Assembly: GCA_016906335.1 (NCBI GenBank)
Contig: JADEYG010000003.1
Location: 1,364,001-1,428,000 of the forward strand
Origin: Novakomyces olei
Taxonomy: Eukaryota
DNA: 64,000 nt
Reading direction: 5' to 3'
Positions 45,463 through 57,655 of this stretch are shown here, in pieces. Numbering within the stretch: position 1 is the first letter of the stretch; every line of letters begins with the position of its first letter. Made by a program: the position numbers and the translations under genes. The notes under the pieces are model-generated. The model was given only the letters and a program-made list of their open reading frames with translations, was not told the DNA's origin and did no database searches.

Positions 45463-46494
45463 TTACTCCCCCTCTTCAAGGAGAGCCAATCCTGCTTTAG
45501 CGGCCAGTAAATGCTCTTCACTGCCGTTACCCCGTAACACCCATCTGGTGATTTCCTTCAAGCTGTTCTGATGATCTTCCGCGACTTGGAATCTCATGGC
45601 TAAGCTAGACTGTTTCGCCCAATTCGCTTCCCAGACGGTAAGCCTGCTCATGACCTTTGGAGTCTCCACCAGCGTATAACCCGTAATTGCGGCATCTGTC
45701 AAGGATATAACAGCATGTGGTGTTCCTCCAGGTAGCACAAAAACAGTTCCTGGCTTGACCTCGCCAATTCTGAGGCCTTTCAAACTCTTCAGGGCACTCG
45801 TTAACACAAAGTCACCAGGCTTTTGATGGTACTCCTCCGATGCTTTCAGCTCTTCGGGACCGTTATTCCACGCAAGTAGCAATTTCCATCCTAGCACTCC
45901 AACGATGACCTGTCGCGTGCACACAGAATCAATATGCACGTCCGTAATAGTTCCTGCGGGAGTAACTGTTCCCAACCAAGATCGTCCAACGATTCTCTTT
46001 CGTAGCTGACTCAATTTGTGCGGGCCACAAGACTTCAAGCCACTTGCACTTTCATGAGCCACATTGTAAACAGCGTATTTTGTTTTCAATTTGCCCATCC
46101 ACGATGCGACAACCTGAGATATGCGTACCTCGTCGTCATGAACACGAACTCTTGTATCCATAAAGTGTGCCGTTTTCGTCTCCATTACATCGTCAATCAC
46201 ATTTGGCCAATCGGGAGTTGTTGAGAAAGACTCCGAAATATCATCCTCAATTGGTTGCAAAATGTCGTATTCGTTGCGCGATAAATAAGCCAAGGTCTGG
46301 CGCGCAACGATGTTCTCCGTATTAGCGTTTTTCCACGCTTCCGCCCATTCTCGTAGCTTCTCCGGGTGCGAGGCTATATGTCGCTGTAGATCAAAGCTTC
46401 TCGTAAAGTGTCGCATGCAAACGTCGCACTCAAACTCTCCGCGATCTCGTTCGCCGCGCTTGCGCTTTTCCCCTCCTTCAACAGTTGCGGTCAT
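45463..46494 (-). CDS. GyC ORF3: C2H2 zinc finger plus JmjC-like dioxygenase
   Basis: EKRKR; FECDVCMRHFTRSFDLQRHIASH; GTITDVHID...GWKLLLAW...VKPG...GTPHAV; clear homolog of 5459-6514. The stop codon abuts the 3' LTR. Confidence 0.85.
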   Translation of the reverse strand: MTATVEGGEKRKRGERDRGEFECDVCMRHFTRSFDLQRHIASHPEKLREWAEAWKNANTENIVARQTLAYLSRNEYDILQPIEDDISESFSTTPDWPNVIDDVMETKTAHFMDTRVRVHDDEVRISQVVASWMGKLKTKYAVYNVAHESASGLKSCGPHKLSQLRKRIVGRSWLGTVTPAGTITDVHIDSVCTRQVIVGVLGWKLLLAWNNGPEELKASEEYHQKPGDFVLTSALKSLKGLRIGEVKPGTVFVLPGGTPHAVISLTDAAITGYTLVETPKVMSRLTVWEANWAKQSSLAMRFQVAEDHQNSLKEITRWVLRGNGSEEHLLAAKAGLALLEEGE

Positions 46495-49307
46495 GTTCAA
46501 AGCTGTTGGTCTGAACGTCCGATATATGTTTTGTCGAAGAAAATTTTTTCCGTAATATAGTGCAAATAACGTTAATCGCACTCAAATCACTAAATCGTGC
46601 AAATAGCGTAATATAACGCAATAATAAGTAATTGTGACACCACAGTAATTAAACTAATTAATAGTTCCATACTGCCTGTTTGTGCACAAGTAAAAATAAC
46701 TGTAAATAATAATAATAATAGTCAAGATCTCGAATTGGTTGAGCAGTTCAGAGATCTTACATAGGTCGTATAACTGTAAACAAATGTAAACCAAAATAAT
46801 CAAGCAGCCCTAGTCTGCCTTTGCCAATATTGCGCTACTGCATCCTGCGCGTGTTGTAAATTTCCAATTGGCTCCCAGGTGCGATCGTGCTCGTCGTATC
46901 CTTTCCAATGTACTAGGTACTTGCGTCCTCTTCCTCGTCCTGAATGATCACATATATGATCAACTTCATATTCTGTAGTATCCGTTAGGACGTCTGGAAC
47001 ATCTAGATCTGTTGGATCTCGTTCATAGGGATCTGGAATATACTTTTCCAGTAGACTCTCGTTAATCACGTCATGTATCTTAATGTCTGGTGGCAATGCA
47101 ATTCTGTAAGCATGCTCGCCAATCCGTTCCTTAATCTCAAATGGTCCAAGCTTGGTGTGATCAAGCTTATTCGACGGTCTCTCGCTCTATATATGCTTCC
47201 GTCTAATCCATACTTTGTCTCCAATATTAAATTGCATTGACGGCAATTTCTTCACATCGTAATGTCTCTTCGAATTTGTATTTGCATTTTTAATATTTTG
47301 TTCAACTGTCCGAAATAGTCCTGTCCAGTCGACAACAAAATTGTTTGCCGTGGGGTTTTGACTCTTAGGTGTTTCGAAAGGTAGCCCTCTGGGGTTATAT
47401 CCGTTACACACATAGAATGGTGCGTACCGTGTGCTTGCGCTAATTGCGTTGTTCAGCGCAAATTCCGCAAATATCAGTAATTCTCTCCAATTGTCTTGAT
47501 TAAAGTTCAAGTATGACCTCAAGTACTGTTCTAGTGTCTGGTTGGCTCTTTCAGTTTGGCCATCGGTCTGCGGATGATGACTTGTTGAATGTAATAGTTT
47601 CACTCCAAGATTATTCGTTAAACTTGTCCAAAATTTGCTGACAAACTTGGGATCTCGGTCCGAAACAATATCTTCTGGTAGTCCATGATACTTAAATATA
47701 TTTTCCATATAGAGTGTAGCAAGCTCCATTGCTGTCGTTGACTCTCGACACTGTATTAGATGTGTCATCTTCGAAAATCGATCTACCACAACCATAATTG
47801 AATCATAATTGTCCGAAGGTGGTAGCTTTACAATAAAATCCATTGATACTGATTGCCATGGCCTTGTTGGTACTCGTAGCGGTTGTAAATATCCTGTTGG
47901 TTTGTGACGCGAAACCTTGCTTCGTATGCATGTTGCACACGAGTTCACATAATGTTTTATATCATTCTTCATATTTGGCCAATTAGCAACTCTTTTCGCT
48001 AATTCCAAAGTTCTCTGCTGTCCAAAATGTCCGGCCAGGGGATGGTCGTGACATGCTTGTAAAATCTTCTTCTTTTCCTCCAATGAAACATGATCAATCG
48101 TATTAACTTCAATTCTCTTTGGGTCGATCAAGGGCTTTGTGCTATGATAATCAATTCCTTTGACATCGTTCAAATCTGGACGTCTACTCAATGCGTCCGC
48201 TGCTGTATTCATAGACCCTTTTTGATAGCGTATTTTAAAATCGATTTGACTTAGTATTTCTGACCATCTTGCTTGCCGTCGTGACAGTTGTTTCGTAATA
48301 GTAAATGCTTGTAAATTCTTATGATCAGAGTACACAATTATCGGCTTAGGATGGCCTTGCAAGTAGTGTCTCCAAATCTTAAATGCGTAAACAATTGCCA
48401 ACAACTCTTTGTCGTGTATGTCATAATTCACTTCAGCTGGTTCTAGCTTTCGACTAATGAAAGCCACTGGTCTTCGAACTCCATCATAGTCTTGCATTAA
48501 TGCTGCTCCGATCGCAAAATCTGATGCATCTGTCTCCACAATGCATTCGCGCTCCTGATCGTAATGTTCCAATAGCACTTCGTCTCCGAATGCTCTCTTC
48601 AATGTTTCGAAAGCGATTTGTTGTTCGTCACTCCACGCAAATTCCGTTCTTTTACGCAAGAGTCTTGTAATAGGCAATACGATCTTGAAAAATCGTTGAT
48701 AAATCGCCTGTAATAGTTGCAGAGTCCTAAAAATGATTGTACTTCCTTGACATTTTTGGGTGCCGGCCATTCGTCAATTGGCCTCGTTTTGTCCTTGCAC
48801 ATAGACACTCCTTTGTCTGATAAAACATAACCAAGGAATTCGACTAGATTCCTATGGAATTCGCATTTGCTCTGCTTCGCAAATAACTTCTTCTCTCTTA
48901 GTCGTTTCAAGACTTCTTTAACATGACAAACATGTTATTCGTAGGTTTTGGAGTAGATCAGTATGTCGTCCAAATATACCAAAACGTAATCATCTAATGT
49001 GTCTCGAAATATATCGTTCATTAGATTCTGGAATGTTGCCGGTGCATTCGTTAATCCAAAAGGCATTACACGATACTCGAAATGTCCAAATCTTGTTCTG
49101 AATGCAGTTTTCCATTCATCTCCGCTTCGAATTCGTATAAGATTATATGCGCCTTTTAAGTCGATCTTCGTAAACACTTTGCTTCCACATAATTTGTCAA
49201 TCAACCCATCTATTCTTGGTATGGGATATCTGTTTTTCACTGTTATCGCGTTTAACGCTCGGTAATCAACACATAGTCTTAAGCTTCCATCTTTTTTTTT
49301 GACAAAT

Positions 49308-49607
49308 TGTTAAGTGAGGATTACTCACTGTTGTAACAATATAAATTAGACCTAGCTAAGAGATCTATCTTTCAGACTATGGGAAGTTGGGTCCTTTTAT
49401 AGACTTTTTGTGAAGCAGATAGGACGGAGATAGGAAGGAGATAGGAAGGAAATAGGAAGGAAATGATGAGTAATGATGATGAATCATTGATGAGTAATGA
49501 TGACTCATTGATGAGTAATGATGATTAATCATTGATGAGTAATGATGACTCATTGATGAGTAATCAGTCTTGATTAGATTTGATTAGATCAATCTTGATT
49601 CCTAACA
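49308..49607. repeat. Solo LTR (300 bp) in GyC RT with internal tandem repeats
   Basis: TGTTA...TAACA; TSD CAAAT at 49303-49307 and 49608-49612; repeated GATGAGTAATGATGA units at ~49464-49564. Confidence 0.88.
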
Positions 49608-50339
49608 CAAATAAAATTGGTGCGCCTGCGGGTGACTTAGATTTGCGTATGAAACCCTTTTCCATGTTCTCTTCAATATACTTCAATAATTCTCGCTGTT
49701 CATCGGCTGATATATTGTAAATTGGTCCAAATGGTGCTTTGGATCCTTTTTCCAAAATAATCTCATGATCATAAGCTCTGTGTGGCGGTAATTGGTCCGC
49801 TCCTTCTTCGTCAAATACGTCTTTGAATTCTTTGTATTCTCTAGGAAGTCTCGTTTCCTTAGCGGTAATTGCGTTACTCTGCGCAAATTGCAAATAGGCG
49901 TAAATAGGCTTGTCGTCAATTCTGTCTTCTTCAAATTTCAACTCTTTGGTCACCCAATTGATATTCGGGTTGTTCTCTCGTAACCATTGTATTCCCAAAA
50001 TGACATCGCGTCTTCCACTGTCTGCAACATAAAACTTCGTTGGTGTAATTTTGTTTGCAATTCTGATGTCCAGTCTTTTTGTTGTACATACAACTGGTCC
50101 TGATGATTGTTGTGTTTTTCTTTGTTTGGTTTGGGTACGGCTGTGTTGCTTTCACGGCAACTGTGGTGGGAAGCCAAATGGAAGGTAATAGTACTTAAAA
50201 CGGTTTACACGGTCAACACGGTCGATAATCAGCGTCGGATAAAAGTGCGAACGGGCCTCCTTTTATCCTTGCTGGAACTAACTAACTATAACTAAAAATA
50301 GAAACAACTACGGAAAAGACTGTCTAAGCCACAAAGTGG

Positions 50340-51464
50340 CTAACTAAAATTCCGGAATTGGAAATAATCCGCAATCGAACGGATTATCTCCGATAAAAAC
50401 GGAATTATGTCATATTGATATGACACTATCCTCCTCTTCCAAAAACGTAGACACTGCCGCCTGTGCCTTTTGTACCAGCCTTGTCTCCTGCTGTCTTCTC
50501 CTGCCCAATCACGATATGCCATCAAGCAACGTTCGTGATCTTCCTTTACCTCGTCTCGAATAGTTGGGAACTGTGTACTAGCCCACGACGATTCCCACTT
50601 TGCCACTCGGTATAAAGCCTGGTCTTCGCTAGCAATATAGTAACCCATCAAGACTGCTTTCTCAAAAGACATCACCGCATGTGGTGTCCCAGACCTTAAT
50701 CGAAAAATAACTCCCGGCTCTAGTACTCCAATCTTTAACCCTTCGAGGCTGCGAAGAGCTTCAGGTAATATAAAGTCTCCTGGCCTGCGATGATAGGGCT
50801 CCAACTTCTGTAAATTGGCCTCTGAATTGGCCCACGTAAAGACCAGCTTTCTCCCAAGAATTCCCACAATGACGGTTTCGCACAGAACCGGATCCACGTG
50901 AACGTCCGTGATTGTGCCCGACGGTGTGGCAGTCCCGTTCCATCCAAGTTCATTCAAATAACTTTCCTTCAACAATCCTTGCGCGCGAAGGCCCACTGAC
51001 GATAAACCGTATTCGCTGATCGGCCTCAAATTGTAGGCTGCGTATCTCGTAGTCCCCGGCTGGACGAATGATGCGAGGACCTGGGCGATTCGTATTTCGT
51101 CATCATGCACGCGAACCCGTATGTCCATAAACAAAGCTGTCTCATCCTCCAAAAGGTCCTCGAAGACATGTGCCCATGTTGGCTTGCAATCGAAAACAAA
51201 CCTTTCGCTATGGGGCTTGAGCTTTTCGAAATCAACCGATGCGAGCAGAGTAAAAATGTCTCTCGCCAACTGTTTGTTCGGTCGGTCTTCCTCCTTAAAC
51301 CACTCTTCGGCCCAGCCAACCAGATCAGGGTCGTGCATCTCCATGTGACGGTCGCGGTCGTGCTTTCGGGTGTACTGTCGAGTGCACACAACACATTGGA
51401 ACTTACCGCTGTCCAGCGCGTATCGCTTGCGCTGCCTCCCCTCTTCAAGAACGTTATTGTTCAT
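50340..51464 (-). CDS. GyA2 ORF3: C2H2 plus JmjC-like
   Basis: Same as the GyA1 ORF3 except a 1-bp loss in an A-run near 50468 that changes only the C-terminal tail; catalytic motif intact. Confidence 0.83.
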   Translation of the reverse strand: MNNNVLEEGRQRKRYALDSGKFQCVVCTRQYTRKHDRDRHMEMHDPDLVGWAEEWFKEEDRPNKQLARDIFTLLASVDFEKLKPHSERFVFDCKPTWAHVFEDLLEDETALFMDIRVRVHDDEIRIAQVLASFVQPGTTRYAAYNLRPISEYGLSSVGLRAQGLLKESYLNELGWNGTATPSGTITDVHVDPVLCETVIVGILGRKLVFTWANSEANLQKLEPYHRRPGDFILPEALRSLEGLKIGVLEPGVIFRLRSGTPHAVMSFEKAVLMGYYIASEDQALYRVAKWESSWASTQFPTIRDEVKEDHERCLMAYRDWAGEDSRRQGWYKRHRRQCLRFWKRRIVSYQYDIIPFLSEIIRSIADYFQFRNFS

Positions 51465-51715
51465 TGTCCGTAAATTTGCGGATTTGATGTCTAAGTTGCG
51501 GATTTGGTGGGGGTAGCCCACATATATATAGACTTCGTTATACTTGACTTCGACAAGTAATAATTCTTTGACGTTCCATAAAAATAATAATGATAATAAT
51601 AGTATATACTTAATTATTTTATTAAGTAATAGTCGTAGCATAGAATAACAATAAAAGCAATAATATAGATATATCTGATCCGTATCTTAGCGGATTATGT
51701 GTTGATATTGCGGAT

Positions 51716-54700
51716 TCAATGTTTTTGGTTATTCCAGTATGCTTTAACTGCCTCTGTTGCATTTGTCAGGTTTCCAAAAGGTTCCCATGTACGGTCTTGT
51801 ACTCCATAACCTTTCCAATGCACTAAATATTTGCGGTTTCGGCCTCTGCCTGTATGATTGCAAATGTAATCGACTTCGTATTCAGTCGTGTCCACTAGAA
51901 CATCGGGAACGTGTACATCTGTTGGGTCTCTCTGAAATCGGTCTGGTAAACATTTTTCCAGTAAAGTTTCATTAAATACGTTGTGTATTTTGATATGTTG
52001 GGGAAGCTCAATCCTGTAAGCGCTATTTCCTATAGCCTCAATAATTTTGAAAGGTCCCAGTCTTGTATGATCTAGTTTATCCGATGGTCGCTCGCTGTGT
52101 ATGTGTCTTCTCTGGATCCACACGTTGTCTCCAGGCACAAATGTATTTGCTGCTGTTTTCTTTTTGTCATAATGTAGCTTTGATACTTTATTTGCAGATT
52201 GAATGTTGCTTTTGACTCGTTCAAATAATTCGTTCCAGTCTCGTGTAGTTTGATTTGCTGCTGGATTGTCACTCTGGGAAGTTGTGATCTGTATTCCCTT
52301 TGGATGATAACCGTTGCAAATGTAAAACGGTGATAGTCTTGTACTGCTGTTTGTTGCATTGTTCATTGCGAATTCCGCAAAAGACAATAGCTTGCTCCAA
52401 TTGTTTTGGTTGTAATTGACATAGGCTCTTAAGTATTGCTCGAGTGTTTGATTGGTTCTCTCAGTCTGTCCATCTGTTTGTGGGTGGTGACTCGTCGAAT
52501 GCAATAGCTTAACTCCAAGGTTCTGGTACATGCCTTGCCAAAATTTGCTCAAAAACTTTGGATCTCTGTCTGATACGATTTCATTTGGTAGTCCGTGGTG
52601 TTTAAATACCTTGTCAATGTATAGTCTCGCTACATCCGTTGCTGTGGATGATTCTTTGCAAGGGATTAAATGACACATTTTAGAAAATCTGTCAACAACC
52701 ACTAGTATTGAATCAAAACCTTCGGATTCGGGAAGTTTAACGATAAAATCCATTGAAACAGATTCCCATGGTCTTGACGGTACTTGTAGCGGGTTTAATA
52801 ATCCTGCAGGTTTCTTCCTCGATTTCTTGCTTCTCCAGCACGTCGCACATGATGCTACGTAATCCCTAACATCCTACGACATATTTTTCCACTTCTTAAA
52901 ACGCTGTACTAGTTCTAACGTTCGATGTTGTCCAAAATGTCCTGCTAATGGGTGATCATGGCATGCTCGCAATATTTCCAGCTTCTCGTCCGTATCTATA
53001 TGTTCGAGTGTTGTCATACTTAGATCAAATCTTGCTGGATCGATCAACGGCTTATCAATTTAGTATTCCTTCAAGTCAACATTATTAAAATCAACTCTTC
53101 TGCTCAACGCGTCTGCTGCTGCGTTTCCTGATCCTTTTCTGTATCGAATCTTAAATTCATATTCTCCTAATAGTTCCGACCAACGTGCTTGTCTCCTCGA
53201 TAGTTTCTTTGTCGTAGTAAACGTCTGCAAGTTCCGATGATCAGTATATACAATAATTGGCTTTGGATGTCCTTGCAAATAGTGTCTCCATATTCCGAAT
53301 GCATAGACAATCGCAAGTAACTCTTTATCGTGTATATCATAATTGATCTCGGCTGGTTCAAGCTTTCTGCTTATAAAAGCAATCGGTCTCTTTTCGCCTC
53401 CTTGTTCTTGTAACAGTACGGCTCCTATAGCGAAATCTGAGGCATCTGTTTCGACAATGCACTCGAGTTCTGGATCGTAATGCTTTAACGTAACGTCTCT
53501 TCGAAAGCTGTCTTTCAATTGTTCAAAAGCCTTCTCTTGGTCTGCTCCCCAGCTAAATGTATTATCCTTCTTTAATAGACTTGTTATTGGTGTCACAATC
53601 TTTGAAAATCCAGGAATGAATCTTCTGTAATAATTGCATAGTCCAAGAAACGACTGTACGTCCTTGACGTTCTTTGGTGTGGGCCAGTCATTAATAGGCT
53701 TGGTCTTGTCCGAGCTCATCGAAACTCCTTCTGTCGATATAATAAATCCTAGAAATTCCACTTTTGTCTTGTGAAATTCACATTTGCTTGCCTTTGCGAA
53801 CAGCTGTCTTGCTCGTACTCGCTTAAACACTTCTCTGGCATGCTGTATATGTTCCTCTTTATTTCTCGAGTAAATGAGGATGTCATCCAGATAGACTAAG
53901 ACATATCTATCCAGGATATCTCGGAATACGTCATTCATAAGGTTTTGGAAAGTTGCTGGCGCATTAGTGAGTCCAAAAGGCATCACTCTGTATTCAAAAT
54001 GTCCGTATCTTGTACGAAATGCGGTTTTCCACTCGTCGCCATTTCGAATACGTATCAGATTGTAAGCGCCTTTCAAATCGATCTTAGTAAATATACGACT
54101 TCCACTTAACTTATCGATGAGTCCATCAATTCTCGGAATAGGATATCGATTCTTGACTGTAATCGCATTTAGTGCTCTGTAGTCCACGCAGAGTCGTAAG
54201 CTCCCGTCCTTCTTTTTCACAAACAATATGGGTGCTCCTGCTGGTGACTTCGATTTTCTGATGAATTTCTTATACAAGTTTTCCTCAATATACTTGAGCA
54301 ACTCTCTCTGCTCGTCTGCAGATATGTTGTAGATAGGTCCAAAAGGTACCTTCGATCCCTTTTCCAATATTATTTCATGATCATAGCTTCGATGCGGTGG
54401 CAATACGTCTGCTCGTCTCTCATCGAATACATCACGATAGTCTTCATATTCTGTAGGAATTTGGGGGATTTTTCCAACGTTATCGCTTTCCGGTTTTTCG
54501 GGAAAAAATCCGCTCTCTTGCGGCACTTGTGTTTCATCCGCAAAACTTGCCTTTAATCCGCTCGTCTGCGTGCAAGTTGCGTCTGCATAATCTTGCTCTG
54601 TATTCTGTACTTCAAATGATAATGTACGATTCTTCCAATCAATAATGGGATTGTTCTCTTGCAACCATTGAATACCCAAAATGATGTCTCTCTGGCCAAT

Positions 54701-55041
54701 ATCTGCCACATAAAATCTCGTAGGTGTAACACAATTTCCTATCTTCATGTCCATAATCTTCGTAGTTCTCGCCACGGGTCCTGATGCCAGGCTTCGGCCA
54801 TCGACAACCTGTATCACAATTGGTCTCTGAAGTCTTTCTGTCTTTAGATTCAAATTCAATATTAATCGCGGGTGTATGAAATTTAGGTTCGCTCCTGAAT
54901 CCACTAAAGCTTTTCGTCTAAGCCCATTTATTTGGACGTCCGTCTCCAATGTCTCACTCCAGTATCTCGTCGTCTTTCAGTGGCTTTTAATTCAGCTTGT
55001 CCTAGAGAAACCACTTCTTTCTCTAGGCGAAATCTTTTCCC
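51716..55041 (-). pseudogene. pol: GyA2 pol
   Basis: Same two in-frame stops as GyA1 (near 53060 and 52875) plus a 1-bp deletion near 54949. Confidence 0.9.
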
Positions 55042-56033
55042 GAGTCGTCGCTCAACTCGTTCGTCGTCATTGCAGCTTGACGGCTTACAAACGGAATTCT
55101 CTTTTCTTTGCACTCTTTTGCAATATGCCCTTTCTTCTGGCAATTATAACACTGTACGTTTCTGTTGTCGTGACTTCTCTCTCTTTCTCTCGCGTCTCTC
55201 GCGTCTCTGTAATTCGTCTTGTGCTCTCTGTCATTCGTCTTGTACTCTCTTGCGGGTCTGCCTGCTCCTCTGGCACCGGCAACCGCCAAATCAATTTCCA
55301 TCGGTGCAGTCGTCTGGTTACTTCTGCCCGTAAATCTCGGCTCATAATACGTTCTCGGTTCGTAACTTGTTCTCTGTCTCTCTTTACGTCTCTCAAATAG
55401 ACGATTATCAATACTGATCGTCATCTCGATCATCTCTCGCAAGGTACTAGGCTCTGTCGTTCTTGCCAATTCGTCCTTAAGCCTGTCGCTAAGGCCCTCG
55501 TAGTACTGCGAAATCAACGCTTCTTCGTTCCAGCTAAAGTTCGCTCTGAGTCTGTCAAACTCGGCTGCGTACTGAGCAACAGCTCCAGACTGCTTCAGAT
55601 TGCGAATTTGCTTCTGCGCCTGCTTTCTAATATCTCGATCACCAAACATCTGTAGGAATGAATCACAAAACGTCTCAAAATCGTTGAGTATTCCTTCGTT
55701 TTCCCCTAGGATGTGAGGCTCAATCCACCTGAACGCGGTTCCTCGCAAATAGGTTGCTGCAAACGTGACCTTCTGGCGGTCCGATCCGTATCTCGAGGGT
55801 AGTGCGTCGGTTATCATTTTCACTTGGGTGATAAATTCACGAGCCTTAGCTCTCTCGCCAAAAAACAAAGGTGGCGGGGCTAACTTGGGCTCCCGGTTGA
55901 ACGTCGCATGTCGACTCTCCTGATCGTTTTCCAATTTGACCTTCAGCATCATGTTCTCATGCTCCAGTAGCTGTAACTTCGCTGTTGTTTCCTCAACAAA
56001 TTGGTTCAGACGATTCATGTCGACACCTTCCAT
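55023..56033 (-). CDS. gag: GyA2 Gag
   Basis: Nearly identical to 889-1899. Confidence 0.93.
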   Translation of the reverse strand: MEGVDMNRLNQFVEETTAKLQLLEHENMMLKVKLENDQESRHATFNREPKLAPPPLFFGERAKAREFITQVKMITDALPSRYGSDRQKVTFAATYLRGTAFRWIEPHILGENEGILNDFETFCDSFLQMFGDRDIRKQAQKQIRNLKQSGAVAQYAAEFDRLRANFSWNEEALISQYYEGLSDRLKDELARTTEPSTLREMIEMTISIDNRLFERRKERQRTSYEPRTYYEPRFTGRSNQTTAPMEIDLAVAGARGAGRPAREYKTNDREHKTNYRDARDARERERSHDNRNVQCYNCQKKGHIAKECKEKRIPFVSRQAAMTTNELSDDSGKDFA

Positions 56034-56614
56034 GACGAACGGCTCGGCACCACAACGTGGGCTGATTATACTGTTGTGTTTTTCTTTGTTTGGTTTGGGT
56101 ACGGCTGTGTTGCTTTCACGGCAACTGTGGTGGGAAGCCAAATGGAAGGTAATAGTACTTAAAACGGTTTACACGGTCAACACGGTCGATAATCAGCGTC
56201 GGATAAAAGTGCGAACGGGCCTCCTTTTATCCTTGCTGGAACTAACTAACTATAACTAAAAATAGAAACAACTACGGAAAAGACTGTCTAAGCCACAAAG
56301 TGGCTAACTAAAATTCCGGAATTGGAAATAATCCGCAATCGAACGGATTATCTCCGATGAAAACGGAATTATGTCATATTGATATGACAATGATAGACTT
56401 CTTCCATCCACTTCTTGGATTATAATCGGCTTCTCGATTCGTTCTGTTTCCAACCTCAATCTGTGTACTAGTCTCGGATGCATAAAATTCAAATTTGCTC
56501 CTGAGTCAACTAACGCGTTCGTATTCTTTCCTTCCACATTTATTCTCACTTCCAAATGTGCCGTATCTGTTTCAGTGGTTTCTTCTTCAGGCCATAAAGA
56601 AGCCACTTCCTTCC

Positions 56615-57655
56615 TTAGGCCCAATCTTTTTCCGAATCGTCTTCCGAGGCAACCGTTGTCAATGCCGCCTGGCGTTTAATGTACGGAATATGCTTCTTGC
56701 AATCTCGGGCAATATGTCCAAACTTCTGACAATTGTAGCATTGCATTGCTTTCTTCTGAACATCTTTATCCTTTTCGTGGCTGTTGCTATTAGCCTTAAA
56801 TGATCGGTCTTTTGGCGGTGCTCTGACGTCCGCAGCATCGATCTCCATAGGCATCACTCGCTCTCTTTCGCTATAGGCCATCTTCGGCGCTTCATAGCTT
56901 CTTTCACTGTAACTCGTTCTCGGTGTTTCGTAACTTCTCTCAGTTCTAGCGTAAAATCTCTCTTGTCTTTGCGTATTCTGACGCAAGCCGTTAGCAAAAT
57001 TCGTTCTCTCTCTTCGTCTGTCGTATAATCTGTTGTCAATACTGAGACACAGCTCAATCAATTCACGTAGCGTATCTGGTTCTCTTGTCCTCGATAGTTC
57101 GTCTTTAATTCTGTCCTGCAATCCATAGTAAAATTGCGAAATCAACGCCTCATCATTCCAATGAAAGTAGGCACTCAATCGTCTAAACTCGGCCACGTAC
57201 TGTGTCACCGGTCCTCTCTGTCTCAGTCCTCGTATTTCCTTCTGTGCTGTCTTTCGGATGTCTCGATCTCCGAACATTTCCATAAATGTATCACAAAAGG
57301 TCTCAAAGTCGTTCATTATTCCCTCGTTGTCGCTCAATATATGTGGCTCAATCCATCGGAATGCAGTTCCACGTAAATAACTAGCCGCATACGTAACTTT
57401 CTGTCGGTCGGTCGCATACCGGTCCAACTGTGCTTCTGTAATCATCCTCACTTGGGTAATGAACTCTCTTGCTTTGGCTCTCTCGCCATAAAACAACGAT
57501 GGCGGGGCCAGTCTCATCTCTCGGCCTCTCGGTTGCATATCAACATTTCTCTCGAATGCCAGCTTCAACGAAGCGTTCTCTTCCTCGAGTCGCTGCACCT
57601 TAGCGCTCATTTCCTCGCAGAACCGCTTCAACTGTTCCATGTCGATATTCTCCAT
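56615..57655 (-). CDS. gag: GyC Gag
   Basis: YAASYLRGTAFRW, MPMEID, CYNCQKFGHIARDC. Confidence 0.92.
   Translation of the reverse strand: MENIDMEQLKRFCEEMSAKVQRLEEENASLKLAFERNVDMQPRGREMRLAPPSLFYGERAKAREFITQVRMITEAQLDRYATDRQKVTYAASYLRGTAFRWIEPHILSDNEGIMNDFETFCDTFMEMFGDRDIRKTAQKEIRGLRQRGPVTQYVAEFRRLSAYFHWNDEALISQFYYGLQDRIKDELSRTREPDTLRELIELCLSIDNRLYDRRRERTNFANGLRQNTQRQERFYARTERSYETPRTSYSERSYEAPKMAYSERERVMPMEIDAADVRAPPKDRSFKANSNSHEKDKDVQKKAMQCYNCQKFGHIARDCKKHIPYIKRQAALTTVASEDDSEKDWA

Larger units (their letters stand above)
50108..56389 (-). mobile_element. Gypsy chromovirus GyA copy 2, inserted in the GyC protease
   Basis: LTRs 56072-56389 and 50108-50425; TSD ATGAT at 50103-50107 and 56390-56394. 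Confidence 0.97.
46800..56624 (-). pseudogene. pol: GyC pol, disrupted (pieces 56395-56624, 49613-50102, 46800-49302)
   Basis: LVDSGA, YLDD, TDASD, integrase core and chromodomain YEVDHI...YLVHWKGY. Two insertions, in-frame stops near 48935 and 47187, and a frameshift near 48690. Confidence 0.88.
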
